64,000 nt of DNA from Acidimicrobiales bacterium (GCA_036271495.1 DATBAO010000120.1:547-64546), one strand, 5' to 3'. Positions 46,694 to 55,952 are shown, counted from the stretch's first letter. The notes: a model not told the origin generated them from the sequence alone. Numbers and translations: made by a program.

Positions 46694-47554
46694 CGTGGTG
46701 GCGGTCGTCGCCGTCTTGAACGGGGCGGGAAGGGCCACGCCGGCTGCCTTGTAAGCGCCCTGGACCAGGGGGGCGACCTTGGGGAGCTCGGAGGCCGGGG
46801 GTGCGTCGGCCAGGAAGTCGTTGAACTGCTGCACCGCGGCGGCGTGGTTGTGATCCTGGTTCTCGAGGACGAGCCCGTAGAAAAGGCGGGCCTGGCCATA
46901 ACTCGGATTGTTCCTGAGCGCCGTCTCGATCTCGGAACGCCCGACCCTTGTGAGCGACGGCACGCCAGCCGTGGTCCCGACGTTCCATTGCAGGAAGCCG
47001 GCATAGGCCAGCGCGTGCGGGTTGGACGGGTCGTCGGAAAGGACCTTGTCGTAGAGGACCAGCGCGGCCTTGTTGCTCCCCTGCTGGTTCAGCGCGTCGG
47101 CTTGCTGCAGCTCCTGTTCGATGAGCTGGGCCTGCGACACCGACACGCTGCCTGACGAGGCCTGACCCGGCTGGCGGGCCTGCACGAAGTGCACGACCAA
47201 AATCACACAGCCGAGAGCGATCAGGAGGCACGACCCGATGATGCCGAGTCGTCGCCACAGTGGCATCGGCGCGCGCTCGGCTTGGCTCGACTGCGCGCGT
47301 TCGGTTCGTGCCGCTTTCAAGGGCAGCGCGGCAACGTCGAGGGCCGCGAGCTCCTCCTCCACCTCGGCCAGCCTGGCGCGATCGCGGCCTACCAGGACGG
47401 CATGGTCCTCCGCTGACAGGTCCCCCGCCTGGAGCTCACGGTCGGCGTCCGCCAGCGAGCGCTGCAGGAATTCCCGCTCGTCCGTCAGGTACCAACGCTC
47501 GTCGCGGGGCGAACGATCGGACCGCTCCGTGGCGGGTGACCCGTCGACCGTCAT
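46682..47554 (-). CDS. TPR-containing membrane protein, CcmI/CycH-like, last gene of the ccm operon
   Basis: Start ATG 47552-47554 overlaps the ccmH stop (ATGA). Coiled-coil N-terminus, one TM (LGIIGSCLLIALGCVILVV), and a C-terminal TPR-like region (ALVLYDKVLSDDPSNPHALAYAGF). The functional call rests mostly on position. Confidence 0.5.
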   Translation of the reverse strand: MTVDGSPATERSDRSPRDERWYLTDEREFLQRSLADADRELQAGDLSAEDHAVLVGRDRARLAEVEEELAALDVAALPLKAARTERAQSSQAERAPMPLWRRLGIIGSCLLIALGCVILVVHFVQARQPGQASSGSVSVSQAQLIEQELQQADALNQQGSNKAALVLYDKVLSDDPSNPHALAYAGFLQWNVGTTAGVPSLTRVGRSEIETALRNNPSYGQARLFYGLVLENQDHNHAAAVQQFNDFLADAPPASELPKVAPLVQGAYKAAGVALPAPFKTATTATTSAP

Positions 47555-48009
47555 GCCTCGACCTCTTCGGCCTGCAAGGCATCGAAGTCGCGGCTGCGCC
47601 GCCAGAACAAGACGCCCACGCCGGTCAGCGCACCCGCCCCCAAGACCATGGGGATGATCCAGATGAGCGGGACGCCTCCCGCATCGGGCGGCACCAGGAG
47701 GATGGTCTGGCCGTATTCGGCGACGAGCGCCTGATCGATGTCGGCATCGGACCTCCCGGCCGCCACCATGCTCTCGATCTGATGACGCACCGCGAGGGCC
47801 GTGGTGGCGTTCGACTCCGACACGGAAAGGTCCGTGCACGACGGACAGCGCACGCCCGTCTCGATTGCCGCGGCGCGCTGACCCGCCGTCGGCGGCGAGG
47901 AGTCCAACACGCCGCTGCCGGCGACGAGCGCGACGACGAGGACGACCACGGGCAGGGCCACCCGGACCCAGAGCGGCAGGCGGGTGGACCGGTCAGCCAC
48001 TCGACACAC
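47551..48009 (-). CDS. ccmH: Cytochrome c-type biogenesis protein CcmH (NrfF/CycL family)
   Basis: VRCPSCTDLSVSESNA matches the LRCxxC...[DE]SNA signature, with a C-terminal TM. The alternative GTG start is at 48000. Confidence 0.8.
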   Translation of the reverse strand: MCRVADRSTRLPLWVRVALPVVVLVVALVAGSGVLDSSPPTAGQRAAAIETGVRCPSCTDLSVSESNATTALAVRHQIESMVAAGRSDADIDQALVAEYGQTILLVPPDAGGVPLIWIIPMVLGAGALTGVGVLFWRRSRDFDALQAEEVEA

Positions 48010-48565
48010 TGTCCTGGTTCGCCCGGGCCGCCTTCAGGAAGGAATCGAGGTTCTTCTGGGTGGCCGGGCCGACGAGCACTGCGCTGACGCGGCCGGCCGG
48101 GTTGATGACGAAGGTGGTCGGCGGCCCCGTGACGCCGTAGTGCTCGGCAATGGTGCCGTGCGGGTCGGCGACCGCGGGCCAGAGGTCGCCGTTCTTCTGC
48201 AGGAAGGTGCGCGCCGTGGCTGACGTGTCGTGGAAGACCACGCTGACCATGTCCGCCCCGTCGGCGGCGTGCGATTGCTCGAAGTGGAAGCGGGACAGGT
48301 CGGGTGCCTCCTGCTGGCAGGGGATGCACCAGCTGGCGAAGAAGTTGACCACGACGTAGTGGCCGCGGAGGGCTCCCAGGGAGACGGGATCGCCGGTCGT
48401 CAGATCGGTCCCGGTGAGGGCGGGGGCGCGTTCGCCGAGAAGCGGGCTCTGGACCGCTGTCGCCTCCTGGGGGGTCCGGGTGGCGAGCACAATGCCCACC
48501 ACCACCAGGACGAGCAGGACGCCTCCCGCCACCCAGCGGGCGGCGTGACGGCGACGCCGGGTCAT
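47993..48565 (-). CDS. ccmG: Thiol:disulfide oxidoreductase CcmG/DsbE (TlpA family)
   Basis: N-terminal anchor, VVNFFASWCIPCQQE thioredoxin motif, GVTGPPTTFVI. Confidence 0.85.
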   Translation of the reverse strand: MTRRRRHAARWVAGGVLLVLVVVGIVLATRTPQEATAVQSPLLGERAPALTGTDLTTGDPVSLGALRGHYVVVNFFASWCIPCQQEAPDLSRFHFEQSHAADGADMVSVVFHDTSATARTFLQKNGDLWPAVADPHGTIAEHYGVTGPPTTFVINPAGRVSAVLVGPATQKNLDSFLKAARANQDSVSSG

Positions 48566-50679
48566 GCGGAGCCCGTAACGCCCCGGGCGACGAGTGCGCC
48601 GACCGGTTCAGGCTTCGAGTCCCGCTCGTGCGGCTGTTGCGGCGTGGCGCCGGTCACCAGGTCCGAGGAGGACGAGACCGGATCGGTGGGCCGCCGCCGC
48701 GAGCCCGGGACGAGCGCCAGCGCTCCCCCGATCCCGATGAGCAGGCCGCCGGCCCAGAGCCACGCCACGAGCGGCTCGATCACCACGCCGATGGCCACCG
48801 ATCCCTTCGGCAGGTTGTCGACGGCCTGGTTCCCCGACGACGCCCCGAGCCCGCCGACGGCGTCGAACGTGAGGTACACGTCGTCGAAGAGCCCCGAGTC
48901 GATGGCCGGCGTCCCCACCACCGAGAGGGCGCTGCCGAAACTGGTGGTCGCCGGATAGAAGTTGGCACCATCCACCTTGACGATGGCTTGCTGTGACGTC
49001 CGGGAAGGCGAGGTCACGGTGCGCACGCCCTCGAACTGGAAGCGATGGCCGTCGTAGGTCACGACCTGCCCCTTGTGCATGGGCAGCTCAGCCTGGTGCC
49101 GGTACGACGTCGCCGCGATGACCCCGACCGCCAGCAGCACGACGCCCAGGTGCACGATCATGCCGCCGTTGGCCCGTCCCACCAGGCCGCGCCACCAGCC
49201 GACATGGCGGGTGCGGGCCGCCCGCACGGAGAGGACGAGGGCCCGGGCCGCGGTCGCCGCGGCCATGGCACCCAGGCCGAAGCCGATCAGCGTGGCGAAC
49301 CCGCGCAGCCCGAAGGCCACGCAGAGCACGACGGTGCCGACGCCGATCCAGACGGGGATGGCCAACCGCTGCCACAGCACCGGGCCGTTGATCTTGCGCC
49401 AGCTGAGCACCGGTGCCACGGCCATGAGGAAGAGCAAGGTCAGGCCGACCGGGATCGCCACGGTGTTGAAGAACGGCGCGCCCACGGTCACCTGCTGCTG
49501 CGTCGCCGCCTCGTAGAGGAGCGGGTACAGCGTGCCGAGCAGCACCACGAAGGCGAACCCGACGAAGAGGACGTTGTTGAGGAGGAACGCACCTTCACGC
49601 CCGAGCGGGGCGTCAATGCCACCGGGTGAGCGGAGGCGATCGCCCCGCCAGGCGATGAGACCGAAACCCACGATGACCACCGCGAAGAAGAACCCGATGA
49701 GCAACGGCCCGAGGTCCGACTCCGAGAAGGCATGGACCGAGTTGATGACACCGGACCGCGTGAGGAAGGTCCCGAGGATGGTCAACGCAAAGGTGGCGAT
49801 GGAGAGGGAGAGGTTCCAGACCCGCATGAGGCCGCGACGCTCTTGGACCAAGGTCGAGTGCAGGTAGGCCGTCCCGCACAACCAGGGCAACAGCGCTGCG
49901 TTCTCCACCGGATCCCAGCCCCAGAACCCGCCCCACCCAAGCACCTGGTACGACCACCAGGCACCGAGCACGATGCCGACCGACAGAAACGTGAACGCCA
50001 CCAGGGTCCAGCGCCGGCACTCAATCTGCCAGCGGTCCCCCACCCGGCCTGTGGCCAGCATGCCGATCGCGAAGGCGAAGGGCACGGTGAAGAGGACGAA
50101 CCCGACATAGAGGAGCGGCGGGTGGATGGCCACCAACGGGTTGTCCTGCAGCAGCGAGTTCGGACCGAGGCCCTGCGTCGCACCCGGCGCGGTCACGAAG
50201 GGGTTGGCCGGCCCCACCATCAAACCGAAGAAGAAGGCGGACACGACATAAAGGACGAGCGTGGCGAACCGGATGACCGAGTCGCTGGCCTGCGCGCGGT
50301 AGCGCCAGACGAAGATGGTCGAGACGACCGAGAGGATGAGGCCCCAGAGCAGGATCGACCCGGCGAGCGCGGACCACATGCCGGTGACGGAGTACAGCAA
50401 CGGGGTGACGGTGCTGTTGTTCTGCGCCACGAAGACGAGCGAGAAGTCGTGGGTCACGAGTGCGTGCTCCATGGCTCCGGTCGCGAAGAGCGCGCCGATC
50501 AACATGACCGGGGCCAGGAGCCGGGCATCGGCACCCGTGCGCGCGGGTGGAGCCGCGTCTCCGGCCGCTCCGGACGCTCTCCGTTGGGCAACCAGCCCGA
50601 TGATGCTCACGACGATGCCGCCGAGGCAGGCCAGGAAGGCCAGCCAGACGCCGATCGTCCCCAGGTTGGCGTCCAGCAT
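48562..50679 (-). CDS. ccmF: Cytochrome c heme lyase subunit CcmF
   Basis: 705-aa polytopic ORF with the WGGFWGWDPVENAALLPWL tryptophan-rich (WWD) motif. Confidence 0.94.
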   Translation of the reverse strand: MLDANLGTIGVWLAFLACLGGIVVSIIGLVAQRRASGAAGDAAPPARTGADARLLAPVMLIGALFATGAMEHALVTHDFSLVFVAQNNSTVTPLLYSVTGMWSALAGSILLWGLILSVVSTIFVWRYRAQASDSVIRFATLVLYVVSAFFFGLMVGPANPFVTAPGATQGLGPNSLLQDNPLVAIHPPLLYVGFVLFTVPFAFAIGMLATGRVGDRWQIECRRWTLVAFTFLSVGIVLGAWWSYQVLGWGGFWGWDPVENAALLPWLCGTAYLHSTLVQERRGLMRVWNLSLSIATFALTILGTFLTRSGVINSVHAFSESDLGPLLIGFFFAVVIVGFGLIAWRGDRLRSPGGIDAPLGREGAFLLNNVLFVGFAFVVLLGTLYPLLYEAATQQQVTVGAPFFNTVAIPVGLTLLFLMAVAPVLSWRKINGPVLWQRLAIPVWIGVGTVVLCVAFGLRGFATLIGFGLGAMAAATAARALVLSVRAARTRHVGWWRGLVGRANGGMIVHLGVVLLAVGVIAATSYRHQAELPMHKGQVVTYDGHRFQFEGVRTVTSPSRTSQQAIVKVDGANFYPATTSFGSALSVVGTPAIDSGLFDDVYLTFDAVGGLGASSGNQAVDNLPKGSVAIGVVIEPLVAWLWAGGLLIGIGGALALVPGSRRRPTDPVSSSSDLVTGATPQQPHERDSKPEPVGALVARGVTGSA

Positions 50680-51197
50680 CAGCAGGCGGGTCCGGTCGGT
50701 GCCTTGACCCGGCCCGGATACTGGGCGCTGTAGGTGCTGGAGTGCTTGATCAGGATGGAATTCGACACGAAGTCGTCCGACGTCACCGACGTGAAATGGC
50801 CCACCACGACGACGGGAACCCGCGGCTTGAAGAGCCCGGGCGGGCTCCCCGTGTTGGCGACATGGACGACGTCGGAGCCCTGGCAGATGGCGAAGTCCGA
50901 GCCGGCTTCGGTGGCGTGGATGCTGTTCGGGACGACCACGCCCTCAAGGCGGAGGGTCTGCGTGCCCAGCGTCGAACGGTGGGACATGGCCTGGCTCACC
51001 GTGTCGAAGTAGTCGAGCGAGCTGCCCAATCCCTCGACGAGCAGGAAGACGAGGGCCACGGCCAGCAGTGCGAAGACGGCCAGGACCCTCCAGCTGACCC
51101 GGCGGCGCCGGCGTGGCGGCGGCGTGGCGGGGCCGTGGTGCACCTCGGACGCGGGCGGGCTGGGCGGCGGGGGTGGCTCGGTCGTGGTCTCGGTCAC
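50679..51197 (-). CDS. ccmE: Heme chaperone CcmE
   Basis: Single N-terminal anchor, OB-fold region (LRLEGVV ... VVVVGHF) and heme-binding H-x3-Y (LIKHSSTY). Unusual Pro-rich 30-aa N-terminal extension. GTG start overlaps the ccmD stop. Confidence 0.85.
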   Translation of the reverse strand: MTETTTEPPPPPSPPASEVHHGPATPPPRRRRRVSWRVLAVFALLAVALVFLLVEGLGSSLDYFDTVSQAMSHRSTLGTQTLRLEGVVVPNSIHATEAGSDFAICQGSDVVHVANTGSPPGLFKPRVPVVVVGHFTSVTSDDFVSNSILIKHSSTYSAQYPGRVKAPTGPAC

Positions 51198-51352
51198 GAC
51201 GCCTCGCCGTGGGCCGGCGCGCCCTCAGGCTCGACCCCCGGCTCGGACATCTGCAGCGCCCGCTCCCAGCGCCGGCGGCGCAGGACCAGGGTCACGGCGT
51301 ACACGAACAGTGTGGCCAGCGCGATGGCGTACCCGGCGTCGACGTAGCTCAT
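51194..51352 (-). CDS. ccmD: Heme exporter protein CcmD (small single-TM protein)
   Basis: 52 aa, MSYVDAGYAIALATLFVYAVTLVLRRRRW, lying between ccmC and ccmE with ATGA/GTGA overlaps at both ends. It is buried in the longer track ORF 51194..52060. Confidence 0.55.
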   Translation of the reverse strand: MSYVDAGYAIALATLFVYAVTLVLRRRRWERALQMSEPGVEPEGAPAHGEAS

Positions 51353-52143
51353 GGTGCCGCCCCGCCCGTGGTCGGTGCCGGGGTGCTGGCGCTCGCGCCG
51401 ACGAGATCGGTGTCCTCGCTCCAGCGCTCGCTCAGCGAGACCTCCAGCTCCTGGTCCCCCACCGCGTCCTGCAGCACCTCCACCTGATAGCGGACGCCGA
51501 GGAGCCACACGAAGATCAGGGAGAACGCGATGAATCCGAGCAGGAAGGTCCATGACATGGACGGCGAGGCGTGGATCTGAAAGCCGGGATCGATGAACGT
51601 CCCACCCTGATGCAGCGTGTTCCACCAGTCGACCGAGAAGTGCACGATCGGGATGTCGATGGCGATCAGCAGCGCGGCGACGGCACAGCGGCGGGCGCGG
51701 ATCGCCGGTTCCGCCGGCACGCGTCGGAGCGCCAGGTAGCCGATTTCGAGGAGCAGCAGCAGCGCGGTGGACGTCAGACGGGCATCCCAGGTCCACCAGA
51801 CGCCCCACACCGGTCGGCCCCACAGCGCGCCGGTCACGAGCGTCAACGCGGCGAACACCGCACCGACCTCGACTGACGCCGCCGCGAGCCGGTCCCAGAA
51901 GAACGAGCGCGTGCGGGGCCACAGGTACAGCAGGCTGCCGCCGGCGGCCACCAGGCCGACCCAGTACAACGCCACCGTGGCGATGGCCGGATGAATGTAG
52001 AGGAGGCGGGCCAGGTTCCCCTGGAACCGGTCCGGCGGCGTGATCCAGAGCCCGAGCCACACCGTGAATCCCAGGGCGACGACGCCGAGCACGCCCACGA
52101 CCGTGAGCCAGCGCGGGCGGCGGGCCACCGTCAGCGCGCTCAC
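51349..52143 (-). CDS. ccmC: Heme exporter protein CcmC
   Basis: GTG 52141-52143 overlaps the ccmB stop. WGRPVWGVWWTWDARLT (WWD motif) and conserved His residues. Confidence 0.9.
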   Translation of the reverse strand: MSALTVARRPRWLTVVGVLGVVALGFTVWLGLWITPPDRFQGNLARLLYIHPAIATVALYWVGLVAAGGSLLYLWPRTRSFFWDRLAAASVEVGAVFAALTLVTGALWGRPVWGVWWTWDARLTSTALLLLLEIGYLALRRVPAEPAIRARRCAVAALLIAIDIPIVHFSVDWWNTLHQGGTFIDPGFQIHASPSMSWTFLLGFIAFSLIFVWLLGVRYQVEVLQDAVGDQELEVSLSERWSEDTDLVGASASTPAPTTGGAAP

Positions 52144-52808
52144 GCCGCCTCCTGCAGAGGGCCGTAGAGGACGACGCCCACGACGAGGTAGATCACTGCG
52201 AAGGGGATGAGGATCTTCAGCCACTGGCCTCCTGATGCGGCGTTGCCGTTGAGCGCGGCTTCCCAGGCCTTGGAGCCGGCCAGGAGCACCGGCGCCAACA
52301 CCGGCAGGACGAGGAGCGGCAGGAGGGTGTCGCGCACGCGCAGACCAGCCGAGAGGGCCCCGTAGAGCACCCCGGCACAGGCGAGGCCGACGGTGGCCAG
52401 CAGGCTGGCGGTCACGGCGAGCCAGACGACGTGGACGCGGACGTCGAACAGGAAGGTGATGCCCGCCCACAGGACCAACTGGAGGACCAGCAGCTGCAGC
52501 CCCACCGCCGCCGCCTTGCCCAGGAAGATCCCGGCCGGGTCGATGCCCGAGAGGCGGAGCCCGTCGCGGGTGCCCTCCCCCGACTCGACAGCCACGCTGC
52601 GCTGAATGGCCAGCACCGTCGAGAACAGGAGTGCGACCCAGAAGATGCCCGGTGCGGCGTGGCGCAACGACGCCTGGTCCGGGCCGATGGCGAAGGCCAG
52701 CAGCACGAGGACGAGCACGGCGAAGGGGACGACCTGCCAGAGGGCGACGCGGGCGCGCGCCTCAATGCGGAGGTCCTTGCCGGCGACCAGCACCGCGTCA
52801 TGCCACAT
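52140..52808 (-). CDS. ccmB: Heme exporter protein CcmB
   Basis: 222-aa six-TM ORF, VAGKDLRIEARAR ... typical CcmB N-terminus. Confidence 0.85.
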   Translation of the reverse strand: MWHDAVLVAGKDLRIEARARVALWQVVPFAVLVLVLLAFAIGPDQASLRHAAPGIFWVALLFSTVLAIQRSVAVESGEGTRDGLRLSGIDPAGIFLGKAAAVGLQLLVLQLVLWAGITFLFDVRVHVVWLAVTASLLATVGLACAGVLYGALSAGLRVRDTLLPLLVLPVLAPVLLAGSKAWEAALNGNAASGGQWLKILIPFAVIYLVVGVVLYGPLQEAA

Positions 52809-53544
52809 GGGTGGCCCCCGCGGCGCGTGCGGTTGCGGCCGGACCCGCCGTCGGCACCGCGGTCAGGGTGACACGTCGCCCGCCCGGCTCCTCGCCGGTG
52901 ACCCGGCCGCCGCCCATGGACACGACGCGGTCGGCCAGCGGCACGGAGAGCTCGGGCTCGTGCGAGGAGAGCAGCACGGACGCCCCATCGACGATGGCCT
53001 CGGCGATCAATTGGCCGAGCAGGGCGCGCGAGGTCGCATCGAGGCCGGCGTGCGGCTCGTCGAGGAGCCACAGTGCAGGGCGCCGCGCCACCAGCGCGGC
53101 CAGCGCGACCCGGCGCCGCTGACCAGCCGACAGGCGGCCGGCGGGCGTCGTGCGCAGCCGGCCGGTGAGGCCGAGACGCTCGAGCGCCTCGTTGGCGCCC
53201 GCCACCGGCAGGCCGAGGGCCCGCACGGCGAACTGGACGTTCTCCGCCGCGCTGAGCTCGTCGTAGAGCGGGGCGGCATGCCCCAAAAGCCCGACGTAAC
53301 GGCGCACCGAGGTGTGGTCCGTGGTCAGGTCGACGCCGAGGACCGTCGCCTCACCCGACGTCACCGGCAACAAGCCGGCGCAGGCCCGCAGGAGGCTGGT
53401 CTTGCCGGCCCCGTTGGCACCGACCACGACGACGACCTCACCCTGGTCGAGAGACAGGTCGACCCCGGCAAGGGCAGGGAAGCGGCCGGCGAGTGCGACC
53501 GCGGCACGAAAGTGAACGACAGGGGCCATGGCCTTCCCCACCAT
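52798..53544 (-). CDS. ccmA: Heme ABC exporter ATP-binding protein CcmA
   Basis: GANGAGKTSLLR, LSAGQRRRVALA, LWLLDEPHAGLD. The start could instead be ATG 53527-53529 (MAPVVHF). Confidence 0.85.
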   Translation of the reverse strand: MVGKAMAPVVHFRAAVALAGRFPALAGVDLSLDQGEVVVVVGANGAGKTSLLRACAGLLPVTSGEATVLGVDLTTDHTSVRRYVGLLGHAAPLYDELSAAENVQFAVRALGLPVAGANEALERLGLTGRLRTTPAGRLSAGQRRRVALAALVARRPALWLLDEPHAGLDATSRALLGQLIAEAIVDGASVLLSSHEPELSVPLADRVVSMGGGRVTGEEPGGRRVTLTAVPTAGPAATARAAGATHVA

Positions 53545-53662
53545 GGTAGGGGGGGTGGGTACCAGGGTTCCAAGCGGGGGGTCGGGCCGCGGACGACGTT
53601 CTCAGCTGGGCGCCAGGGCGGTCCGTGGTGGCCGGGCGGCGAAACGACCGCCGCAGCGCACC

Positions 53663-54166
53663 TCAGCGCATGTGGGGCAGTGCGGCGATGGGGTCGAGGG
53701 AGCGGCTCGGCTCGCCCTCCATTTCGGCCCGGGCGAAGTCCCGGAGGGCCGCCTCATGGGCCACCAGCAGGTCGGCCGTCTCCCGCTCCGCCGGGCTCAG
53801 CTCGCCGATGCGCTGGTAGAGGGGGATGTACTGGGCCGTGATCGGGCCGATCGTGGCCATCAGATCGGCCCAGGTCAGCGTCAGGGCACCGGGCAAGAGC
53901 GCGGCGGCGGTGGCGACAACCTCGGGGTCCGGCTCGGTCGTGATGCCGGCCCGCTCGAGCGCGGGGGCGGTGGCCTCCTTGGTCCAGTGTTCCAGGGTGG
54001 CGAGCATCCGCATTTTGGCGGCCTGGTCGGGATCGTCGAGCTGGTCGGCGATGCCCCCGAACAACAGCTCGCCCAGGACCTCACCCTGATAGGCCTTGGT
54101 CCACAGCTCCTCGAGCCCGTCCTCGGGCGAGAAGATCGGGGTGGGGGCGGTGGCAGCCTCGCTCAT
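53663..54166 (-). CDS. Hypothetical all-helical protein (167 aa), no recognisable family
   Basis: MSEAATAPTPIFSPEDGLEELWTKAYQGEVLGELLFGG. High GC3 and clean ORF boundaries. Same strand as ccmA and 118 nt upstream of it. Confidence 0.5.
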   Translation of the reverse strand: MSEAATAPTPIFSPEDGLEELWTKAYQGEVLGELLFGGIADQLDDPDQAAKMRMLATLEHWTKEATAPALERAGITTEPDPEVVATAAALLPGALTLTWADLMATIGPITAQYIPLYQRIGELSPAERETADLLVAHEAALRDFARAEMEGEPSRSLDPIAALPHMR

Positions 54167-54267
54167 CTGTCCGACGCTAACCCTGGCGCCCGTGCCGTGC
54201 TCGGGGCACGAGCGGGCGCGGTTCCCCGGGGGTCACCCGGTGCTCGTCGGTAGTGTCTCTGGCGCCG

Positions 54268-55131
54268 ATGGTCACCGTCCTCATGCCGCTGCCGGCCACT
54301 GATTTCGACCCGACCGAGGTGGCCGTCACCTGGCGGGTGCTGACGGCGGCGGGGCATGACGTCGTCTTCGCCACGCCGTCGGGCCAACCGGGGCGAGCCG
54401 ACGACCTCATGGTCACCGGGCGGGGGCTCGACCCCTGGGGCGCCATCCCGGGCGTGCGCCGGCTGACCGTCGTGGGCCGCGTGCTGCGGGCCAACGCCGA
54501 TGCCCGGCGCGCCTACGCCGCATTGCTGCACGACGACTCGTTCCGCTCGCCGCAGCACTGGGGTGCCGCCCGGCGCAGCGACTACGACGCGCTCGTCCTG
54601 CCCGGCGGGCACCGGGCGACCGGGATGCGGCCCTATCTGGAGAGCCCCGAGGTGCAGCAGATGGCCGTCGACGCCTTCCGGGCCGACAAGCCGGTCGGCG
54701 CCATCTGCCACGGCGTCCTGGTGGCGGCGCGGGCCGTCGACCCCGTTACCGGACACTCGGTGCTGCACGGCCGGCGCACCACCGCGCTGACCTGGTCGCT
54801 CGAGAGCAAGGCCTGGGGCATCGCCCACTACACGCGCTTCTGGGACCCCACGTACTACCGGACCTACGTCGAAGAGCCGGGGCAGCGTTGGGGCTTCATG
54901 TCGGTGCAGCAGGAGGTGACGCGCGCGCTGGCCGATCCCGCCGACTTCGCCGACGTGGAGAAGGGCGCCCCGGACTGGCGGCGCAAGACGAGCGGGCGCG
55001 CCCGTGACAGCGAGGACGACATGCGGCCGGCCTGGGTGGTGCGCGACGGCCTCTACGTCTCGGCGCGCTGGCCCGGCGACGTGCACACCTTCGCCCGGAC
55101 GTTCTGCGACGTGCTGGGCGAGGCGCGCTAG
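54268..55131 (+). CDS. Class I glutamine amidotransferase-like (DJ-1/PfpI superfamily) protein
   Basis: ATG 54268 (MVTVLMPLPATDFDPTEVAV). PVGAICHGVLV nucleophile-elbow Cys-His. The track start GTG 54253 is also possible. Confidence 0.72.
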   Translation: MVTVLMPLPATDFDPTEVAVTWRVLTAAGHDVVFATPSGQPGRADDLMVTGRGLDPWGAIPGVRRLTVVGRVLRANADARRAYAALLHDDSFRSPQHWGAARRSDYDALVLPGGHRATGMRPYLESPEVQQMAVDAFRADKPVGAICHGVLVAARAVDPVTGHSVLHGRRTTALTWSLESKAWGIAHYTRFWDPTYYRTYVEEPGQRWGFMSVQQEVTRALADPADFADVEKGAPDWRRKTSGRARDSEDDMRPAWVVRDGLYVSARWPGDVHTFARTFCDVLGEAR

Positions 55132-55952
55132 CTCTTGGAGAGACGGCTCAGGCCGAGGTTGTTGAGGAGGTCGGAGACCTGCGATGACAGCCAGCTGACG
55201 TTGTCGGTCAGGAGCAGCACACCAAACACGATGAGGACGAGCCCGGCCACCAGCTCGACAGCCCACATCCAGTGGCGGGCCCGGGTGAGGGCCGCGGTCA
55301 GCCGGCCGAAGGCGAGGCCGACGAGCACGAAGGGCACTGCCAGCCCGAGCGAGTAGACGAACAGGAGCAGGACGCCACCCGGCAGCGTGCCGTTGTGCGC
55401 GGCCAGCCCGAGCACGACGCCCAGCACGGGCCCGATGCATGGCGTCCAGGCGAAGGCGAAGGCCATCCCCATCAGCGGCGCCGCCCAGGCCCCCAGTTGC
55501 GACGGGCGCACGTCGAAGCGCCGCTCGCCGGTCACCCGCGACACCACGCCGACGGTGCCGGTGCCGGCGTGGGCCCACACCCTGGACGGGAGGGCGGCCA
55601 GCACCATCACGCTCCCGAGCAGGATGATGACGACGCCGCTCAGGTGGGCCAGCGCGACCTCGTGGGCGCTGAGCACGCGACCGATGCTCGACGCCGTGGC
55701 GCCCAGCGCGACGAAGACCACGGTGAAGCCGGCCACGAACAGCCCGATGCCCCGCAGGACCGGGCGAAGGGCCGCCGAGGGTGTGGCGCCATCGCCTCCG
55801 GCCTCGAGTTCGGCCGCGGAGAGGCCCGAGACCATGGAGACGTAGCCCGGCACGAGTGGGAGCACGCAGGGCGAGAGAAACGACAGGATTCCGGCCCCGA
55901 AGGCGACGAGGACGCCGGCCGGATCGGCCGAGATCGCGGCGGGGACGAACAT
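55128..55952 (-). CDS. ccdA: Cytochrome c biogenesis thiol-reductant transporter CcdA (DsbD-beta family)
   Basis: LSFLSPCVLPLVPGY and FAWTPCIGPVLG, the two conserved membrane cysteines. Confidence 0.85.
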   Translation of the reverse strand: MFVPAAISADPAGVLVAFGAGILSFLSPCVLPLVPGYVSMVSGLSAAELEAGGDGATPSAALRPVLRGIGLFVAGFTVVFVALGATASSIGRVLSAHEVALAHLSGVVIILLGSVMVLAALPSRVWAHAGTGTVGVVSRVTGERRFDVRPSQLGAWAAPLMGMAFAFAWTPCIGPVLGVVLGLAAHNGTLPGGVLLLFVYSLGLAVPFVLVGLAFGRLTAALTRARHWMWAVELVAGLVLIVFGVLLLTDNVSWLSSQVSDLLNNLGLSRLSKS

